Shown: positions 11,811 through 26,411 of the stretch, piece by piece
Layout of the letters: each line of letters starts with the position of its first letter
Position numbering within the stretch: position 1 is the stretch's first letter
DNA from: Trichosphaerium sp. ATCC 40318
Lineage: Eukaryota > Protista > Tubulinea
Direction: 5' to 3'
DNA length: 64,000 nucleotides
Assembly (NCBI GenBank): GCA_038496445.1
Contig: JALMLS010000123.1
Location: 1-64,000 of the forward strand
Notes under the pieces: generated by a model
Seen by the model: the letters and a program-made list of their open reading frames with translations, nothing else
Database searches by the model: none
What the model was told of the DNA's origin: nothing
Made by a program: the position numbers and the translations under genes

Positions 11811-12131
11811 AATTACGTTTTTGAGCCTCCTGTTGTATTTAGTGTAGTACCGCGTTTCAAAGCAACCTAAAAAGGAAACTCTGAATAGTATAACTATATT
11901 GTACCTACTCGCTAACGCCCCGGCGATGGACTAACTAGCTAAATATAAAGTGTGAAGCATCGTAGTAAGAAATTGTCTCCCTTAAATTTCCACAAATGCT
12001 TCCAATTTGTGATGCAGTCTACCTCAAAACTACTAAAAACAAAAAGAAAAAACAAGACAAAGATAGATCACACATCAGAAACCCAATTTGAAAAAAACCG
12101 AAGCGTTATATTTTCTGAACTTAGTTTTAAT

Positions 12132-15100
12132 TTATTTTACATTGCACTTTTAAAATTGGGGTACATAGGTACAGTATTTTCTTTGTTTATAAAAACGACG
12201 ATTTTTGACGTACTGGTACTTAACACGCCTTAAAACACATTTTGGAATTTCTCTTCAATCGTTTTTCTTACGCAAGTATATAATTATACCTACAATGATT
12301 GCAAATAGTATAATGCAACCTAAAGCACCAATAAGAATAAAAGCCCATAACGGGATTTCATTTTCTTTAGTTTCCTCCTTCTTTTCAGACAATACCACAA
12401 AAACCCTTCCACCTGATTGGAAATGATTAGTTTTTATCTTCAAAAAAAATATATTGTTCTATGATCTTCGTACGTTCTTCAAATAGATTTGAGGATCTGC
12501 TATCAGGTAGATTATTGATGGTTACAGCAATATTTTCTGTTTCTAGTGGAGGACAACCCTTGTCTTTAAATTCTGCTAAATGTACTACTTTTCTTGATGC
12601 TAACTCTTCTTCACTTGCATCAACATCAAAACCACCCTAAGTCAAACATCAGACATTCTACTTAAACAAATGAACGTTTATGATGTAACGTACAGTGCCA
12701 GGAACAATACATCCTGTGACTATAGCGTACCCTCTATCGAGGGTTTGAATAGGCGCAACAGTATTAGTTTGTTGCCGTTTTGTTTCAGCAGTAAAGTCGT
12801 CATCGTCCGCATCGAATTCAATCTTTATGAAACCTCCGCGGAATACTAGATTACCTTCTATGACAATAGTAGAACTCAGGGATAATTCTGATTCTACGAC
12901 AACTTGTTGTTGAACAGTACACCTTAACAATGTATAAGTAATATATGCAAATATGCGATGTGCTTACGATTCTAATGGTTGGCAAGTAACTGAACAATTG
13001 CCTTCATCCCAACTAGGATCTATTGGACATACTGCTGCAAATGAAGCTTGCCCTCCCGGTGTAGGTGCCTCCATTGGGGGCGATGTTGGTACCTCTGTCG
13101 GAGGTTCTGTGGTGGGTGGCAGCGTGGATGGCGCCGCTGTTGTAGGTGGTACAGTTGTGGGAGGTCGAGTCGTTGGTGGCTCTGTAGTAGGTGACTGGGT
13201 AGTTGGCGCAACTGTCGTAGGTGCTGCCGTTGTTGGAGCATCTGTTGTAGGTGGGAGAGTGGTTGGAGTCGCTGTTGTAGGTATAGTTGTTGGAGGGAGC
13301 GTTGGAGGTGAAGTAGTTGGTGGTAGGGTTGTAGGTGGCAGCGTTGTTGGCGGCAGTGTTGTAGGCGGCAACGGTGTTGGTGGCAGTGATGTTGGTGGCA
13401 GTGTTGTAGGTGGCAACGGTGTTGGTGGCAGTGTTGTTGGTGGCAGTGTTGTTGGTGGCAACGTTGTTGGCGGCAGTGTTGTAGGTGGCAGCGTTGTAGG
13501 TGGCAGTGTTGTTGGTGGCAGCGTTGTTGGTGGTAGCGTAGCGTGGGTGCCAGCGTAGTTGGTGGCAACGTCGTTGGTGCGGCTGTAGGTGGGAGAGTAT
13601 CAAATGGATCAAATACCCAAAAAACTGGGTCCACACCTGGTTGGTCTGTTACACTGTACAATATTAGACCTAAAATTACTACATCAACAAACGCAATCTC
13701 ATTAATAATACTCTTACTCTGATATTCAATAGCCGAAACTGGTGGCTCCACAAATGGTGTAACACGATCAATTTTGAGGTCAGATGAGAAATCGTAGTAA
13801 TACAGATAGTATTTATTATCATCTAAATCTTCCAGACACTAGGTTTATAGTTAAGTGATTTGAAAGGAGCTCAAGTATGACGTACGAAATAAGTTCTTTC
13901 TGAGCCAGGAGTACTCACTACATTAGTAATAGTATGTGCAACGTAGTTTGTATTATCCTTTACTCTTAATACTGTAATGAACTTAAAAAAGCGTTAATTA
14001 GTATCTAGCGTTTAATGGAAAAAAAGAAGAAAAAAAAGTTCAACAAAGCGTGAGCCTTACAGGAGTACCACTTGTATCAAGAACATAAACAAGGTTATTA
14101 CCACTGGGTTGCTGAAGAGCAATAAAAAATAATAAAGTCTTCGTAGGATCAAGAACCATCTCAGATTCCACAGAATCTGGTTTGGGAATTGTAAGCAAAA
14201 TAAATTGCAAATAAACAACTTTAAAAATTGCACTTACCTGCTTGTATTTCAAGTACTGTCTGATAATTATCCCCTTCAAAAAAAAACATATGTGGTGAAG
14301 AGCCCAAAAATCCCATAAAATACAGCCTGGAATTTACTGGTACAAAGTTGAATGGCCGACTTCCGGCTGGACCAGAATTAATATCTACAAAAATAAATTA
14401 GCGCTTGTGGCCTACACCAATATGTCGACGTACCAAATACGTTCTGAACAAAAGGATCAGGATCCCCAGGGCTCATTTGGACTAATTCCTCTCCTAAGAA
14501 GCCACCCCAAGTCGTATCATCAACAATTTGTTGAAAAAATAGGTTGTCTTGGAATACAACAAAGTTTTTAATTCCAGCCGCCACTATGAATGTAAGTATT
14601 AGCATTTCAACGAACACAACGCGCTATTGTAGTGTATAGTAATGTATAAATAAACTGTTATAACAAAACTTACCGTTGTTATTAACCACAGCCCATGGTC
14701 CATCAAATAAGCCTGCGTCATTTAGCCTCCAAATTTCATTTCTGCATTCAGTAAGCTGAAATCTTGCACTTAAGTACAGAGCGTTGTTAAGCTCAACCAT
14801 TTCAAAAATAGCATCGAGAGAATTTGCAACATCCGTCGTTACAGCTATAATAACAAGGGTGTCATTTGGTGGTTTTTTTTTTTAATGTGAGTACTCCTTT
14901 TTTAGTTGAAAGGTAGTAAGGTTCTAAACGTACTCCCAGAGGTATCAACGTTAAACACAGTAGCAGGTGTGGTACCACAAACTGGTGGAGGTGGCTCGTG
15001 AAAATACAGCTTGCCTTTCCTATGAGGAATTAGATACTTTTCTTGGCTTTGTTCTTTTTTGTTTTAGAAAAAAGCTCTTTTGTACCACTCTACTTTTGAA

Positions 15101-15415
15101 TCAAAAGTTACAGCGTTTAATTCGTTGCCAGCTGTAAGATCAAAGTCCCACAATGCCGCGTTTGGATTTACTTTTTGCGCAGAACAAACTACTTTGTTAT
15201 TGTATCTATAAGGATTAATAACGCTGCCACTACTAGATAGCTATTGTACACTACGGGTTTGGTGCATATTTTAAGGGATGTATCAGCAGCCTGGAAAAGG
15301 GATGCATGGGCCGCTAAAACACGTAAGACAGTTCGTAACCCAGAGTGGACGAATACTTGCCTGTAATAAGTAAGACAGCCACAATAAAGCACGGGAGAAG
15401 CTTCAGCAAGCGCAT
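12132..15415 (-). CDS. Type I membrane surface protein: signal peptide, beta-propeller-like ectodomain, Pro/Thr mucin stalk, beta-rich juxtamembrane domain, TM helix. Contains an apparent frameshift near 13540.
   Basis: MRLLKLLPCFIVAVLLIT signal peptide (ATG 15415); blade-like segments (MVELNNALYLSA, FVVFQDNLFFQ); PPTTL repeats; TM LWAFILIGALGCIILFAIIVGIIIYL. The 5' exon structure and last exon are tentative. Confidence 0.75.
13080..13590 (-). repeat. 15-nt-unit tandem coding repeat (PPTTL)n
   Basis: Repeated GGTGGCAGTGTTGTT-like units on the + strand encode the mucin stalk on the - strand. Confidence 0.9.
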
Positions 15416-15510
15416 TTTACGCGATTTTTAAGGACCCGTAGCTTTCAGGAGAAGTTGTATTTGCTCTGAAACAGAAATTTCAACTTTTTCAGCTTTTGCC
15501 ACAAAACGAA

Positions 15511-16589
15511 ATGGAGTTAACTACCGATGCGACCGTACTCAACGGTCTTAAATCTGAGTACTTTAGCAGATTTCTGATTACAACGGACAATGAAATGGCT
15601 TTGTTTGTTTCTTCAAGCGCATCAAACTTAGTTTTCCCTCCTCTAAATGCCATGTTTCGCTTGTTTATTCATAAATGTGCTGTAAGATGGCAAATGAAGA
15701 GTTGTAGCTACGGATCATTTGAGGAGCGTCAAACAACGATTACCAAGACAGTGAGTAGCTTATTCATGCTTAGTTTCACCTTTTAACAGGAACACACGCA
15801 AAAACCGTTAATATCGCTTCCTATGTTAGTGCCTAAGCGTCAAAGAGATGTAATAGAAGAATTCAAGCAAAATCTGCGTGTCAAACAAAAAGATACAGCA
15901 GAGCAACGGCAGCAACCGCAAGAAGGGCGCATAGGTCAAACAAGTGACGTTGGCCAAAAACGCAAAATAATCCATGACACAGAACGGCTTTCAGCTACAA
16001 CAGATGACGACGATGATAGTCTTCAGCGATTACTAGCGTAGGCCTATAACAAAATATTCAGTAAGATGCCAACAACGCCTAGATCATGTGGTAAAAAACG
16101 TGGCAGAGGACACAACAAACGCGTAAAAAAAGCTGAGATTGTACAAACTCAAACACAAGATGATGAAATACAAGCACAGTTTGACTATTCTACTTTCACC
16201 AAAACCGACGAGCGCATAGGCAAGTACCATGTAAAGTAATTTTAACCTAACATACCTGGAAAGGGGACGATGTACCTAGCACAGTTGGACATATCGTAAC
16301 GACAACAGGAAGCTTTAAGGACGATCAAAAAAAACGTGCAAAAACAATAGACAAAGATGTCATCCTGCTTGAAGACAAGAATGAAAATACGCGTTGCCTT
16401 GTATTTTCTACTGTTGAGTTAGCATCAGTATTCCTACAAGAGAACAATATGTGCAAGACACTAACCGTTAAGGTTACAAGCACCAAACGAGGTTCAGAAA
16501 TGGAGCCCGACTTTAAACAACAACCTCGACCGTTCAGAGCAAATGTGGGTGTTGCAAAGAGATTATTAAGCACTGCCCTCCAAGATTAG
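15511..16589 (+). CDS. R3H-domain protein, R3HCC1-like
   Basis: R3H motif FPPLNAMFRLFIHKCA. The C-terminal ANVGVAKRLLSTAL resembles the R3HCC1 tail. Confidence 0.7.
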
Positions 16590-16867
16590 ATATACGTAGT
16601 ACTTCAATGTCTAATACTGACTGTAACGATTGCTGTTATCAATCCTGGAAGTGTCATAATAAACGGCGCAAATTGTACATGTTGACACCCTTACCAATCT
16701 AAACGACATAACAAGCTATGATTATAGAAAAAAAATGGGGTATTGTGGAGTACTTGGCTGAGGGAGAAAGTTTAATGTAGTGCATTTCTACGATAAGTTT
16801 TATTAGACGTCTGCTATTGGGTTGTATACAGGTGCAGTGTCCAAGAATGAGTGAGTTGGCGCTTATA

Positions 16868-17256
16868 TTAAACGCCTTGAGGGTAAAACTAAAAACAACG
16901 CTGTTACTCCTTTTGTTGTTATAATTTAGACGTACAGCTGATATCTTTTCTCCAAACGTGCCCATTTTATCCCATAGCAGAGCATACATCGCATACCACA
17001 CCACCAACACGACGAGACTAATAGCGAACAGTACCAGTGATAATCTAGCGTCTTTAAAACGCGTTAGAAAAGTAATTTACTTAAAAAACGTACATCGTTT
17101 AACTTCAGGTGGCGTAGTTCGTTTATGTAATACTGGATAAAACAACAAGTAGTTTGCTAGCCACATAAGAGGTAACATGGCAAAACCGCCATAAAATAGT
17201 TTTTTTGCAACTGATTTTTTAGTGTCCGCATCCATGCGGTCATCTGTGGGGTCCAT
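16868..17256 (-). CDS. PSENEN: Gamma-secretase subunit PEN-2
   Basis: KKLFYGGFAMLPLMWLANYLLFY...EVKRYARLS...W...G..ISAFYPQGV, in 3 exons. Confidence 0.88.
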
Positions 17257-17349
17257 TGTTGGTATTTACTCTATCTCAATTTTTTGCGTTAAGCAGTAAA
17301 TTAAAGCATCTCGCTTGATCAACAAAAAACTTGAAACTTTTCGTCTAAT

Positions 17350-18110
17350 TTAATCTTTATCCTCGATTTTATCTTCTGTAACCTTCGCTACAGCTTCTCC
17401 TTGAACTACTACATCTCCTTTATGACATTAACTAAAACGTTAGACTATTGTGACGCGTACCATTTTCATTAAAACAAAATGTGTCAAATGTCACAATGCG
17501 TCGTTTTGGCATCATTGATTTTACAACAACTCTAATACATTAATTAGTATCCAAGCAACAACGCGTGTAGTACTTTGCACGAACTGTTTCTCCAACATAC
17601 ACCGGTTTCTTAAAGTTTAGTGTCTGTTTAAGGTAGATGGAGCCCTTGTTACAACTGTTAGCGTAGTACTTCGCGCAATGAATCGTACAGGTCCTGGCAT
17701 TTGTGTACCCGCCACTGCTGAAATTAACGATGAAGACAGAAAGCCATGAACCTTAAACTATCAGGACAAACAGTAACGTTACACGTACAATACGCTTGCC
17801 AAAGATAGAGTCAGCAGCGTACGACTCATCTAAGTGTATTGGGTTTTTATCCTGTCACAATGTTAAATGCTAGGTAGGTCTTAGGTCCACGTACCAAGCT
17901 AAGCTCTGCAAACTTTGTGACTTCTTCGATGTTAAACGACTTTGAAAGTTCTGAATAGTGCCCCACGCGTAGTACACCTCCATTGTAAGGGATTTCACTA
18001 TTTTCACTGCTTTTCTGTTCACTAGCGTATGTTTTCCTCTGAAAAGCTCTATTCCGGATATTCACCGGTTTACACGCATATACCCTGCGCTGCAAACGCT
18101 TCAAAAACAT
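17350..18110 (-). CDS. Mitochondrial MaoC-family (R)-hydratase / 3-hydroxyacyl-thioester dehydratase (HTD2-like)
   Basis: Presequence MFLKRLQRR..., then FAELSLDKNPIHLDESYA, IVHG, MPGPGSIYLKQTLNFKKPVYVG. Confidence 0.88.
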
Positions 18111-18207
18111 TTTTGAATTGATTTGAAGACAATAAAGGTCAGCTGAGAAAACTAGATAACGGTTTGAATGCACAATTGTCGATGGCGTGTTTGGACAATT
18201 CAACGGC

Positions 18208-21200
18208 TTAAATAGAAGGATTTTTATTTTTAAGCTCTCCCAGTTCAGCAAAAAACAGCTTTAGAAATTGTTTGCCATTGATAAGATTTTGTAGAGATAA
18301 CCGCTCATCAGAGAGGTGAGCGTTATCAGAACGCTGTCCCATAGGGAACAATATTGTCTGTAAAAAAAGATGAGAAAAACAACTACTTTTTGGTTTTTTT
18401 AACATGTACAAGGTACCTGTTTTACTTGCAGTGTGTGCTCTAGAAAAGTTGTATATGGAATTGTTCCACCTTCTCTTATGAAATTTGGTTGTTTATTCCA
18501 TACTTTTTCCAGGACTTTTTTAGCTGTTTGGTAAACAACGCTCTGAGAGAGTTAGAAATGAAACAAAAAAAAAGTTGTCAAAAAAAAAAATTCAATAAAG
18601 GAAGATGGATTACCGTAGGATCTCCAAGCCACCATGCTCCTTTTTTAACACACTCCACTTTAATTTTATTCGCAGAATTTAATTTATCAAATTCATTTTG
18701 TACAAACTTTTGAAAAAGCTTTATTAACTTCTCATTATCTTGATCCTCAACAGTACGCATAGATACCTTGGCTATAAAATAAAGTTTAACAAAAATCAGT
18801 ACGTAGTTTAGAAGCTTACCTGTTACCATCTTACCAATAAGTGTTGGATGATTCTGAGCGCTTGAAACAACACCGTTTATTGACAAAGTCGGATACCGCC
18901 ACCTTTACAAAAAAAAAAGAAGTTAGTACCTTTTTTGTTAAGACACTTCTTCTCAATAGTACCGCTTTAAAAATAATTCATGAGCATCGTTTGCATGTAT
19001 GTGTCCGCCTACTTTTTCTCGGTATTGAGGTAAAGTAACGTTAAGATTCTCATATAGCGCCTTTTCTTTTGATGACACTTCACGAACATCGTCATAAAAC
19101 CCTGTTAGCAAAAGTTAGTAATCTTCAAAGCATTCAATAAATAATCACCTGGTATAAGTACATTCCCTTTATCATCAACTAACTTGGACATGATACTAAC
19201 TAATTGGGCCATTGGCTCAACGACAGGACCTCCATCAACACCTAGTGAGGTGTTAGTACCGAAGTATTGATAATTGTAACCAAACCTGAATGTAAGTTCA
19301 TCTTTGGTCCAAACACGGAAACTTCCATGTGAATCATGCCTCTTAAACCATAAATAAGTCCAGGTGTTGTATCATCAGCCCAGTAATTGTTTGACACAAG
19401 GAGAAGATCAGTGTCTTTAAAGAAGTCAATGTTTTGTTTAATACATTCTTCAAATCCCTAGAGCTTTTGAGTATTGATTCATGATGAAAAAGTTCGTACT
19501 TCTGATGCTGTTTCTTCTTCACCTTCAACAACGAAATTAAAGTTGACAGGCAACGAACCAAGTTCGTCCCGTAGCTCCTTCAAAGCAAAAATGGAAGCTA
19601 ATATAGGTCCCTTTGAAATACCATTAGAACACATCAGTTATAGTCTACTCACCTTATCATCCGAAACACCACGCCCATATAGATAACCGTCTCTACCAAC
19701 CAAATCAAAAGGATCAGACGTCCATTCCTTGGTGGATTTAGTACTTTAAAAGAATGAATGGGAATAACTTACACTTGCTCTTACTGGTACAACATCATAA
19801 TGTCCATACCTATTAACTTGTGTTAATTGTATTCCTGACTGCCTACTCTTACATTGTTATTGTATATTTGTTTTTATCTTTAATAGTTCTTGCAAATACC
19901 AAAGGATTTTTATCACGTGCACCTTAACATAAAGTTACACGTAAAAAAACCTCAGTAATACAATACCTTCCATAAGAGATGCTTCAAGGCCCAACTTCTC
20001 AAAGAGTTGCTTTAAAAATCTGGCCCCTTCCCAGCAATCACCACGCCTTCGTTCATCACTATAATTTATCAGAGAGCAACAGTCAATTGAAAAAGAAGTA
20101 GATTGTGATACCTGCTTATTGTCTTGATAGCGACAAACCGCCTCAACATGCCGATAAGATCAGCGTCAAATCCTTCTAATTAACTATTAATAACAGATAA
20201 TTTTTCGTACAATGTACCTTCATCATCAACTTCACTATCGTCTTCGTCCATTGAATCTATCTTTCGTTTCTTTGAATCACTTTCGCGAAGCGAATTTCCA
20301 GAACGTTTCAAATTTCGTTTGTATGAATGTACCTTTTCGAGTTAGCACGTTACGACAATAAAATAGCACGTGACGACAATAAAAAAACATGTAACGACAT
20401 ACCCCAATACCACCATCACTCTGTCCTACAATAATGGTATCCTCGCTGTACACAATGGTCTGTATAGTTGATTTCTGTTTTATCTCTTGCAACGTATAAA
20501 ACGTTTGCTTATCCCAAACGCTACGAAATTAATTAAATCTATTGTAGTGTAATACAAAACGAACATACTGAACACTACCACATGCACCAGCACTAAATAA
20601 GTAATGTGGACATACACACAACCCTAGTACATCACCACCTTGAGCAGTGAGAGTACGCATAAGCATGAAGGTCTCTAAATCCCACAGCTATCATTAAACA
20701 TTTTAGACAGCAATAAATACAACCAACCTTACCTTTATCTCTCCATCACAAGAACCACTATAAAGTAACTTATCATCCATAACTAAAGATAGCACTGCTT
20801 GTGAGTGACCTTTGAGAACCTTCACACACGTCCAAGTGCTAGTGTCCCACACCAATAAGAAGAGGTTAGAAGGTTTCGAATAAAATCAGTCACATGATAC
20901 CTTTACTGACTTGTCTCCTGATGCTGAAAACACATAGTTGTTCTTGGCTTCTAAGGCGTATACAAAGCCCCGGTGCGCTCTTATTTTTGTAAAGATGTCG
21001 CTTTTTACCTCGGCAGTAGTAGTTAATGACTCTTGGAGAGCTGAAAGTGTCAAGTATTTTATAGATGTATCTTGACACCCTGCAGAGCGACGTTAGTATT
21101 TGTAGATATGGTAAATGCGCGGTACCAATAGCCAAATGCTTTTCTGTGGATGTGATACAGTAAACAGATCCAACGCCAACTGAAATACTGCCAAGGTACT

Positions 21201-21590
21201 CCAAAGTGGAAATACGCCACACCTACTATGTTTAGAGAAAATAAAAAGCAAAGCATTGTACTTTGATGCAATTGTCACTTCCAGACGAATACAGATGGTC
21301 ATTATAAACATACAGCGCTAAGACAGACCCATCGTGCGCATTTAGCGTTTTTTCCTCTCTACACCACTTCATATTCCACACTTTTATCGTACCATCCTCG
21401 GACGCGCTGAACAAGCGCTCTCCATGCATTTGCAAGCATAACACACTTTTTTCATGGCCAGAAAGGCTCTGAGATGGCGCGTATACAGCAACTGACCACT
21501 GTCAGCCTTGTTTAATATTTTGACCGTGCCTTTTCGCTCCTGTACATCGTCTGCGTATACTTTTACGTGGAAACCGTATTCAGGGTTCAT
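18208..21590 (-). CDS. WD40-repeat + M20 metallopeptidase fusion (Dug2-like)
   Basis: N-terminal WD40 repeats (GHEKSVLCL..LFSASEDGTIKVW). M20 motifs GHYDVVP, GRGVSDDKGP, EGEEE, DLHSGVDGG, IREGGTIP, DNAHLSDE. Confidence 0.85.
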
Positions 21591-21761
21591 ACTAAAGCAA
21601 TGTACACATTACACGTGGTCAGATGCACTATATGTGTGACGTCACTGACAGTCTTGTACGTTTAAGTTATGAACAAGGAGTACAAAATACAATTCACAAT
21701 TATGGAAAATGTAACAACAAAGGAAGTCAACGGATAAAAAGATAATTTTATTTTTTTGTAT

Positions 21762-23804
<2,043 letters not shown>

Positions 23805-23870
23805 CTACCATATATAATACGCAACAAATAGTTATTTATGAGTTACATTAGCTACATGGTAAGTGGTTAT

Positions 23871-24283
23871 TTACTTTGCGGGTTTTGGGTGGTGTGGTGG
23901 AGGTGCGTCTCCGAGTGGGGTCTTGAGGGTGATAACTACGTCCTTGTGTACTGGCATCAACAACATTTGACCTTTGAAGTCAATCAAATCTCTTCTCTTT
24001 GCTGCCTTTAGGGAACCTACCTGAAGGAAATGGTTAGGCTGATTGTTTTGCTATTTTGACAAAAAAAAGAAAAAAGACTCCGTAGCGCACCAAGGATTCG
24101 AAAATCTGTTCGACCTCCTCATCGTAGAAGAATTTACCGAAAGTACAAGTCCATGTACCTGTCAACAAGTCAGCCTGCTGTATTTCACCAGTTTTTAAGC
24201 GTACCGTCCGGTTGTTTGTCGCCCAAGCGCTCCAAGTGTACTTGTACAAGTTTTACTTCGTTATCAACGTCGTAAAAGGACAT
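23871..24283 (-). CDS. ABRACL: Costars-family (ABRACL/cosA-like) actin-associated protein
   Basis: Spliced sequence MSFYDVDNEVKLVQVHLERLGDKQPDGTWTCTFGKFFYDEEVEQIFESLVGSLKAAKRRDLIDFKGQMLLMPVHKDVVITLK. Confidence 0.9.
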
Positions 24284-24614
24284 AACTTCGCAATGGTTAG
24301 TTACTGTTATTAATATCGTTGCGTAAGCGCGTGGTCATTGCGCTTGCTAATAAGCGGCATTTTCTGTGTGAAATGTATTGCTACAGATCGCCACACGATG
24401 CGAACAAATTTAGCGAATGCGCGCAATGACGCATAGGTCGCGAGCGAAAATGATAAAATCACAAAAATAGACGAGCGTCGTACCTGTTGTTGTTTACTAA
24501 GTTAAAAAAGTGATGGGGAAAATATTGAAATTTCGATGACTGTTTTTTTAACCTTTTATGCGCCGTTTAAAAAGTCAATAGCACATCCAAAAGGATAGAA
24601 ACTGTTTTTAGGAC

Positions 24615-26411
24615 ATGTCATTTGTTACTAGAGGCATAATTACAATATTTTGCGCGTTTGTGGCCTCAACTTTGGCAAACGCTGACGCTGATACACCGTT
24701 GGTACACACAGCGCTCGAATTTGGCAAGGAGGTGTTTGGACACGCCAACCTATCAAACTATGTTTATTACACGTACAATACGACGCGTTGATGTTGTTTA
24801 ACGAGACGTCATAGGTTAAACCACGCAAGCGAAAGGCCGTTTTGGATTATTTTACAACCCTGTGATGGAAACCCTGATTTGATTGTCTCAAAACAAGATA
24901 AAACGCCTACGATTCATAAATACGAATACATGAGCATAAACGGTCACAGAAAAACCGACAAGGTAAATGTTGTTACAAGTTCGTTAACTAACGAGGTGCA
25001 GGTACAAATAGTACACTCTGAGGGTGTACTACACATTGGTATCTATGGTATGACGGCGTCAAACTTTACCATAAAGGCGACCTATGATGGTAAGTGAATA
25101 TTATGTCATGGACACGTGACTCATCAAAATGCAGGTGCAGCACCAAAGATGATACCAGGCAATAAAGGCTTGTTGAGAATGGCTACTATAACATCAAACA
25201 AAGCTGTGATCACTTGGAAGCCGTCACGTAATTATCCTTCGTTGTGACGCACTACTTACTCTACGTAGGCTTCATTGGTAAAGTTATGAACTCTACAGAA
25301 GGTTTGATTTTTTTTCTTGCAATCAAGTTCCTGTATCTTATAGCGGTTAGTGGCGTATAAAGTATACTACACTACAGATACAGAAGATAGTCTTACTTTC
25401 GGTTATAATCCGCGTAAAAAGACACTTGTGGATATGCCTTGTGGCATGAAATATTCAGGCGTTTTGGTAAAGATAATAAGTTTCAATTTATCTTATACTG
25501 TGAGTAGGCGCCAGGTGCATCCAAGATTTCCAAACAAGGAGGACAAATCACATACCAACATACGATAAACAGGCTCAAACCTAATACAGTGTATTCTGTC
25601 AATGTATTGGCTATACAAAGTGATACAGAATTTGCTGCATACGAAGTAAAATCCTTCAAAACAATAGGTACCAAAAGGGCTACAAAATATTTATCAACTA
25701 ATAACACTTAGACTTTACTCCTTTGTCTGTTGGCCGTTGGTACAGAAATTCGTTGAAACCAGGTATGTTGTTTGTGTAAATTGTGAAATAGGTAACGCGT
25801 GACGTGAAGGGATGTACAAGCATTACCGATTAGAGATTGGAAAGTTGTATACAAGTGATAGTAAAGACAACTATCATGTTCAAGCTCACTTAAAACTTAG
25901 AATTACATTGCATTCTACTTTAGGTAAATTCTTGTTCGTAACACTTTCTTTTTGACAAGTTCTAGGTGATGCTGATGTGTTGGTATCACGAGACGTTGGT
26001 CCACCTACAATCTATTCATCTGGTTAGTGTAGTAGTTGTTTAAGCTTTCTCTTAACACAAAGTAGATTATAGCTCTGAAGCTGTCACTATAGATGTAATA
26101 GACATAGATTATCCTCAGGGTATAAAAAAAACTTGTGACTTATACTAACAATAACTATCAGAGCACACTGCCTACTATATCTCTGTGTATTCAAAAGATT
26201 CATCACAGTATGTACTCACGACATCAATTTCAGACGTACATGCAAGTATATCACGTGCGTACAACAATGTTACTTGTCTTGTTTTCTTTTAATTACAAAA
26301 ATAGAGACTCGACAAACAACCAAGAAAAAAACCGAGGAGAAGGAACTCCCTGAGTGGCTCAGTACACTTTTACACGTTCTCTTTGAGATTTTGAAAGCTT
26401 TGTCTGATTAG
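24615..26411 (+). CDS. Secreted protein with PPC-like beta-sandwich and fibronectin type III domains (NDNF-like)
   Basis: Signal peptide MSFVTRGIITIFCAFVASTLA, then ILQPCDGNPDL, AVITWKPS, TGLKPNTVYSVNVLA...FAAYE, and a second GDADVLVS-type module. Confidence 0.6.

Noticed and set aside
12953-13558. 201-aa + strand Gly/Val-rich ORF (GGSVV repeats)
   Set aside because: It is the antisense shadow of the PPTTL mucin repeat and has no independent gene signals.
13300-13590. Regular short repeats as a CRISPR array
   Set aside because: These are contiguous 15-nt coding units with no unique spacers, no cas genes, and a eukaryotic context.
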